DNA of 64,000 nt, taken from positions 27,951 through 91,950 of the forward strand of contig NYZP01000034.1 in the NCBI GenBank assembly GCA_002687175.1, given 5' to 3'. Below, in pieces: positions 59,960-64,000 of this stretch. The translations under genes were made by a program, and so were the position numbers. How positions within the stretch are numbered: position 1 is the stretch's first letter; each line of letters opens with the position of its first letter. Under the pieces are notes generated by a model that had not been told where the DNA came from, did not search any database, and saw only the letters and a list, made by a program, of their open reading frames with translations. The stretch comes from Parcubacteria group bacterium. GTDB lineage: Bacteria; Patescibacteriota; Patescibacteriia; Buchananbacterales; UBA6539.

Positions 59960-60050
59960 TAGGTTGTAGCTTTTTAGCTTCTTAAGTTTTTAGGGGACTG
60001 GATCAAGTTCAGTAAAACAAAGTTTAAGAATCTAAAAAGCTAATAACCTA
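59960..60050. repeat. About 90-bp imperfect inverted repeat between rplP and rpmC
   Basis: taggttgtagctttttagcttcttaag ... tttaagaatctaaaaagctaataaccta. Confidence 0.65.
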
Positions 60051-60062
60051 AAAACCTAAACT

Positions 60063-60311
60063 ATGAAGTATAAAGAGTTAAAAAATAAATCAGATAAAGA
60101 GCTTAATAAAATTTTGACTGACTGGCAGGAAAAATTAAGAGATTTAAAATTTAAAACAGCGGCTGATCAGTTGAAAAATATAAGAGAACTTAGAGATGTA
60201 AAAAAGACTATTGCTAAGACCATCTTTCTATTAAGCCAGAAAAATAAAGATAATGTTCCCGCGAAGGTAATCCAGATAAAAGATCAATCCAGTGATAATA
60301 AAACTAAATAA
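60063..60311 (+). CDS. rpmC: 50S ribosomal protein uL29
   Basis: Operon position; LRDLKF...QLKN...KKTIAK. Confidence 0.93.
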   Translation: MKYKELKNKSDKELNKILTDWQEKLRDLKFKTAADQLKNIRELRDVKKTIAKTIFLLSQKNKDNVPAKVIQIKDQSSDNKTK

Positions 60312-60316
60312 TTTTT

Positions 60317-60577
60317 ATGACTACCGAAGATAAAAAAGACCATAAAAAGGTAACCAAAAGAAAATTTGAAGGAATTGTGGCTTCTGATAAAGGTGACAAA
60401 ACTATTATTGTTGAAGTCAGAAGAACAAAAATTCATTCAAAGTATTTAAAAAGATTTATTGTTTCTAAAAAATATGCTGTTCATGATCCGGCAAACAAGT
60501 ACAAGGTCGGTGATAAAGTTTCATTTGTTGAAACTAGGCCTATCAGTAAAAATAAACGGTGGATAGTTATTAACTAG
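60317..60577 (+). CDS. rpsQ: 30S ribosomal protein uS17
   Basis: DKTIIV, KKYAVHD and ETRPISKNKRW. Confidence 0.97.
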   Translation: MTTEDKKDHKKVTKRKFEGIVASDKGDKTIIVEVRRTKIHSKYLKRFIVSKKYAVHDPANKYKVGDKVSFVETRPISKNKRWIVIN

Positions 60578-60591
60578 CCGTAAGATAAATT

Positions 60592-60963
60592 ATGATTCAA
60601 GTCCAAACAATGTTAAAAGTCGCTGATAATACTGGTGCTAAAAGGCTGCAATGTATTAAAGTTTTAGGTGGCACCAAAAGACGCTACGCCCATGTCGGTG
60701 ATTTAGTGACAGTTTCAGTTAAAGAAGCAGTACCACACAGCACGGTCAAGAAGGGGGAAGTATTGCATGCGGTGATTGTTCGGACGAGAAAAGAAATCAG
60801 ACGGACAGATGGTTCTTACGTTCGTTTTGGTGACAACGCTGCGGTGATTATTGATAAAAAAAGTAAAGAGCCTAAGGGTACCAGAATTTTTGGTCCTGTT
60901 GCTCGAGAGTTAAGAAACAAAGGATTTAGTAAAATTATATCATTAGCACCTGAAGTTTTATAG
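60592..60963 (+). CDS. rplN: 50S ribosomal protein uL14
   Basis: [16 protein letters not shown] and SLAPEVL. Confidence 0.99.
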   Translation: MIQVQTMLKVADNTGAKRLQCIKVLGGTKRRYAHVGDLVTVSVKEAVPHSTVKKGEVLHAVIVRTRKEIRRTDGSYVRFGDNAAVIIDKKSKEPKGTRIFGPVARELRNKGFSKIISLAPEVL

Positions 60964-60968
60964 AATAT

Positions 60969-61277
60969 ATGAGAATTATAAAAGGCGATAAAGTAAAAAT
61001 ATTAAGTGGTAAAGACAAGGGCAAGATTGGTAAGGTATTGCAGATTTTTAATAAGAAAAATAGAGTAACAGTGGAAGGTGCTAATTTACTTTTTAAAAAT
61101 GTCCGTCCTAAAAAGCAAGGGGAAAAGGGACAACGAATTCAGTTTCCTTCTCCACTGATGGTTTCCAATGTAGCATTGGTTTGTCCGAAGTGTAATAAAC
61201 CAACCAGAGTAGGTTTTAAAATTTTAGAAGGCAAGACTAAAACTAGATCTTGCAAGAAATGTAAACAAACTATTTAA
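60969..61277 (+). CDS. rplX: 50S ribosomal protein uL24
   Basis: KGDKVKILSGKDKGKIG. Confidence 0.97.
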   Translation: MRIIKGDKVKILSGKDKGKIGKVLQIFNKKNRVTVEGANLLFKNVRPKKQGEKGQRIQFPSPLMVSNVALVCPKCNKPTRVGFKILEGKTKTRSCKKCKQTI

Positions 61278-61279
61278 AT

Positions 61280-61825
61280 ATGAGTAGAATTAAAGAAAAA
61301 TATAATAAAACAGTTATTGCGGCATTAACCGAGAAGTTTGGTTATAAAAATAAAATGGCAGTACCAAAAATTGAGAAGGTAGTGGTTAACGTTGGTACCG
61401 GTCGTGGTTTAAGCGATTCAAAGTTTAATCAAGTTGTTGAAGATACTTTGCAGAGAATAACTGGTCAAAAACCAGTTAAAGGAAGTGCCAAAAAATCAAT
61501 TTCTAATTTTAAAATCAGAGCTGGGCAAACTGTTGGTATGACTGTTACTTTACGTGGTCAAACCATGGATCACTTTATTGATAAGCTAGTTAATATTACT
61601 TTACCTCGAGTTAGAGATTTTCGTGGTTTAAATCATAAATCAGTTGACTCGCAGGGAAATTTAAATATTGGTTTTACCGAGCACATTGCTTTTCCAGAGA
61701 TTAAGTCTGATGAGGTTGAAAAAATTCATGGATTAGAGGTTGCAGTGGTGACTAGCGCTAAGACTAAAGAAGAGGGTTTAGAATTACTAACACTTTTGGG
61801 TTTTCCCTTCCAAAAACAGGAGTAA
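61280..61825 (+). CDS. rplE: 50S ribosomal protein uL5
   Basis: ITGQKP and LPRVRDFRG. Confidence 0.98.
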   Translation: MSRIKEKYNKTVIAALTEKFGYKNKMAVPKIEKVVVNVGTGRGLSDSKFNQVVEDTLQRITGQKPVKGSAKKSISNFKIRAGQTVGMTVTLRGQTMDHFIDKLVNITLPRVRDFRGLNHKSVDSQGNLNIGFTEHIAFPEIKSDEVEKIHGLEVAVVTSAKTKEEGLELLTLLGFPFQKQE

Positions 61826-61827
61826 AT

Positions 61828-62013
61828 ATGGCAACATCAGCTAGAATAGCAAAATCAAAAAAGAAAGCTAAGTTTACCACGCGGGTAGTACATCGTTGTT
61901 GGCGTTGTGGTAGAAATCGAAGTTATATGAGAGACTTTAATCTATGCCGAATTTGCTTCAGAGAACTGGCCAATAATGGCCAAATACCCGGTGTTAGAAA
62001 ATCAAGTTGGTAA
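61828..62013 (+). CDS. rpsZ: 30S ribosomal protein uS14, Zn-binding type
   Basis: RCWRCGR...[20 protein letters not shown]. Confidence 0.97.
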   Translation: MATSARIAKSKKKAKFTTRVVHRCWRCGRNRSYMRDFNLCRICFRELANNGQIPGVRKSSW

Positions 62014-62036
62014 GATAAACTTTAAATAATATTTAT

Positions 62037-62438
62037 ATGACAGACCCAATTGCTGACATGCTTACAAGAATAAGAAACGCCCAGGCCGTTAGAAAGCCAG
62101 AGGTTGTTTTACCATTTTCAAAATTAAAAATGGCTGTCGCGGAAATTTTAAAAGAACAAGATTATATTAGAAAGATTGAAAAAATTGAAAAAGGTAATAA
62201 TGGTGGTAACCATGAAGAGCTGAAGTTAATTTTGAAATATCAAGGTAGTCAACCAGCCATTTCCATGTTAAAGAAAATAAGTAAACCGGGCCGTCGAATC
62301 TATGTTACGGCTGACAAATTACCAGTAGTTTTAAATAATTTTGGTATTGCCATTATTTCTACTTCTAATGGTCTAATGACCAATAAAGAAGCCAAAAAGA
62401 AAAAATTGGGTGGCGAAGTAATTTGTGAAATTCATTAA
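62037..62438 (+). CDS. rpsH: 30S ribosomal protein uS8
   Basis: DPIADMLTRIRNA and SKPGRRIY. Confidence 0.98.
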   Translation: MTDPIADMLTRIRNAQAVRKPEVVLPFSKLKMAVAEILKEQDYIRKIEKIEKGNNGGNHEELKLILKYQGSQPAISMLKKISKPGRRIYVTADKLPVVLNNFGIAIISTSNGLMTNKEAKKKKLGGEVICEIH

Positions 62439-62442
62439 TATT

Positions 62443-62991
62443 ATGAGTAGAGTAGGCAAACAACCAATAAAGATTCCCGAAGGCGTTGACGTTAAAGTTG
62501 AAGATTTTAACGTGAAAGTTAAAGGACCAAAAGGTGAGTTAAATCAACAAGTTCATCGCTTAGTTAATATTGATCAAAAAGATAATGAATTAATGGTGTC
62601 GGTAAAAAATCCAGAGGAAAAATTACAAAAATCTTTATGGGGATTATTCCAAAGATTAATTGTCAACATGATTACTGGTGTTACTGAAGGATATTCAAAA
62701 AAATTGGAAGTCAATGGTGTTGGCTATAAGGCAGCCGTCGCTGGCGACATTTTGAATTTGCAGCTTGGCTATTCTCATCCAATTGATTATAAAATTCCTG
62801 AAGGTATTAAAGTTGAGGTGGAAAAAAATGTTATTACTGTTTCCGGAATTGATAAACAACAAGTTGGCCAAATTTCCGCAGAGATTAGAGCAAAAAGAAA
62901 ACCAGAACCTTACAAAGGTAAAGGTATTAAATATGCTGACGAGGTGATCAGAAGAAAAGTTGGTAAGACCGCTTCCAAAGGGGCTGAATAA
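62443..62991 (+). CDS. rplF: 50S ribosomal protein uL6
   Basis: MSRVGKQPI and PEPYKGKGIKY. Confidence 0.98.
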   Translation: MSRVGKQPIKIPEGVDVKVEDFNVKVKGPKGELNQQVHRLVNIDQKDNELMVSVKNPEEKLQKSLWGLFQRLIVNMITGVTEGYSKKLEVNGVGYKAAVAGDILNLQLGYSHPIDYKIPEGIKVEVEKNVITVSGIDKQQVGQISAEIRAKRKPEPYKGKGIKYADEVIRRKVGKTASKGAE

Positions 62992-63002
62992 AAATTATTA
63001 CT

Positions 63003-63392
63003 ATGGCTAATAAAGAAAAAATTAAATTAGAGAAGAAAATTAGACGTAAAGGCCGAGTGCGGGTTAAAATTTCGGGAACCGCCAAGAAACCAAGGCTTAA
63101 TGTTTTTCGTAGTTTAAAACATATTTTTGTTCAATTAATTGATGATCAGAAAAGTGTTACGGTAGTTTCAGTTAAAGACTCCGAGATTTCCGCCAAAGGC
63201 GGATCCGCCTCTGGCGGAAAAGAAAGTAAAGTCAAAAAAACTGACATTGCATTTAAAGTAGGGGAACTAGTTGCTGTTAAAGCTAAAGAAAAAGGAATCA
63301 CCGAAATTGTTTTTGATAAATCTAGTAATAAATATCATGGCCGCATTAAAGCTGTAGCTGAAGGAGCCAGAAAAGGCGGCTTAATTTTTTAA
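63003..63392 (+). CDS. rplR: 50S ribosomal protein uL18 with in-frame palindromic insertion
   Basis: PRLNVFRS, VFD...YHGRIKAVAEGARKGGL; extra SAKGGSASGG segment. Confidence 0.97.
   Translation: MANKEKIKLEKKIRRKGRVRVKISGTAKKPRLNVFRSLKHIFVQLIDDQKSVTVVSVKDSEISAKGGSASGGKESKVKKTDIAFKVGELVAVKAKEKGITEIVFDKSSNKYHGRIKAVAEGARKGGLIF
63187..63220. repeat. 34-bp near-perfect palindrome inside rplR
   Basis: tttccgccaaaggcggatccgcctctggcggaaa (one mismatch). Confidence 0.9.
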
Positions 63393-63396
63393 AATT

Positions 63397-63960
63397 ATGG
63401 CAGATAATAAAAAAACCAGTAAATTTGGTAATGATAAAAGAGGTGGACGAGTAGTTGATCGTGAGTTTGATCAGGTTATCGTTGATATTGCCCGAGTGAC
63501 TCGAGTAATGGCTGGAGGCAAAAGAATGAGGTTTCGTGCTTGTGTGGCCATTGGTGACCGAAAAGGTAGAGTAGCCCAAGCCGTGGCAAAAGGAGCAGAT
63601 GTTACCTTGGCGGTTAATAAAGCAGTCGCTAAAGCTAAAAAGGTGATGATAACTGTACCAATCGTTAATGGTACCATTCCTCATCGAGTTGATATCAAGC
63701 TTGGTGCCGCTAAACTTTTGATCAAGCCGGCTCCTAAAGGAACAGGAATTATTGCTGGCGGAGCTGTGAGAACAGTTCTAGATTTGGCTGGTATTGCCGA
63801 TGTGGTGGCAAAAATATTAGGAACTAATAATAAGATTAACAACGTTAAAGCAACCATTGAAGCATTAAAAAGATTGAAACGAGTTGAGAAAACACCGGCT
63901 CAAGTTAAAGAAGAGCAGAAAAAAGTTGTTGAAACTGTTGAAAAAACCAAATCAGTATAA
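63397..63960 (+). CDS. rpsE: 30S ribosomal protein uS5
   Basis: RVTRVMAGGKR and GTGIIAGGAVR. Confidence 0.98.
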   Translation: MADNKKTSKFGNDKRGGRVVDREFDQVIVDIARVTRVMAGGKRMRFRACVAIGDRKGRVAQAVAKGADVTLAVNKAVAKAKKVMITVPIVNGTIPHRVDIKLGAAKLLIKPAPKGTGIIAGGAVRTVLDLAGIADVVAKILGTNNKINNVKATIEALKRLKRVEKTPAQVKEEQKKVVETVEKTKSV

Positions 63961-63963
63961 AAT

Positions 63964-64000
63964 ATGTCTGAACTATCCCTACACAATTTAAAGGTAAATA
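63964..64000 (+). CDS. rplO: 50S ribosomal protein uL15, 5' fragment
   Basis: MSELSLHNLK..., a typical L15 start, directly after rpsE. Confidence 0.75.
   Translation, partial: MSELSLHNLKVN

Overview
A 64-kb piece of an AT-rich bacterial chromosome using the standard genetic code. It is most likely Patescibacteria/CPR, possibly the Parcubacteria/ABY1 group: uL30 is missing between rpsE and rplO, core genes mostly lack SD sites, and there are giant Cys-rich surface proteins. In order, it carries giant Cys/Ca-repeat surface proteins; ybeY-ftsA-ftsZ; a B12-dependent ribonucleotide reductase, cobO and a cobalamin-riboswitch operon encoding a transcobalamin-like protein and a candidate S-component; frameshifted prfB; an adenine/adenosine salvage cluster; a RAYT-type transposase, split comEC and an IR-flanked GIY-YIG gene; and the str-S10-spc ribosomal cluster. 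The most striking unexplained region is 43.0-46.4 kb. Three unannotated leader-peptide attenuators (Ile-rich, Leu-rich and Trp/Phe/Tyr-rich) each precede a stand-alone allosteric domain of the matching feedback-inhibited enzyme (CimA-, LeuA- and DAHP-synthase-type), with no catalytic domain. They are interleaved with candidate ncRNAs and an atypical tRNA-Pro. A short GC-rich palindrome also lies in frame inside rplR and a PfkB kinase gene. All family assignments were made by eye from motifs; no database search or folding program was run.
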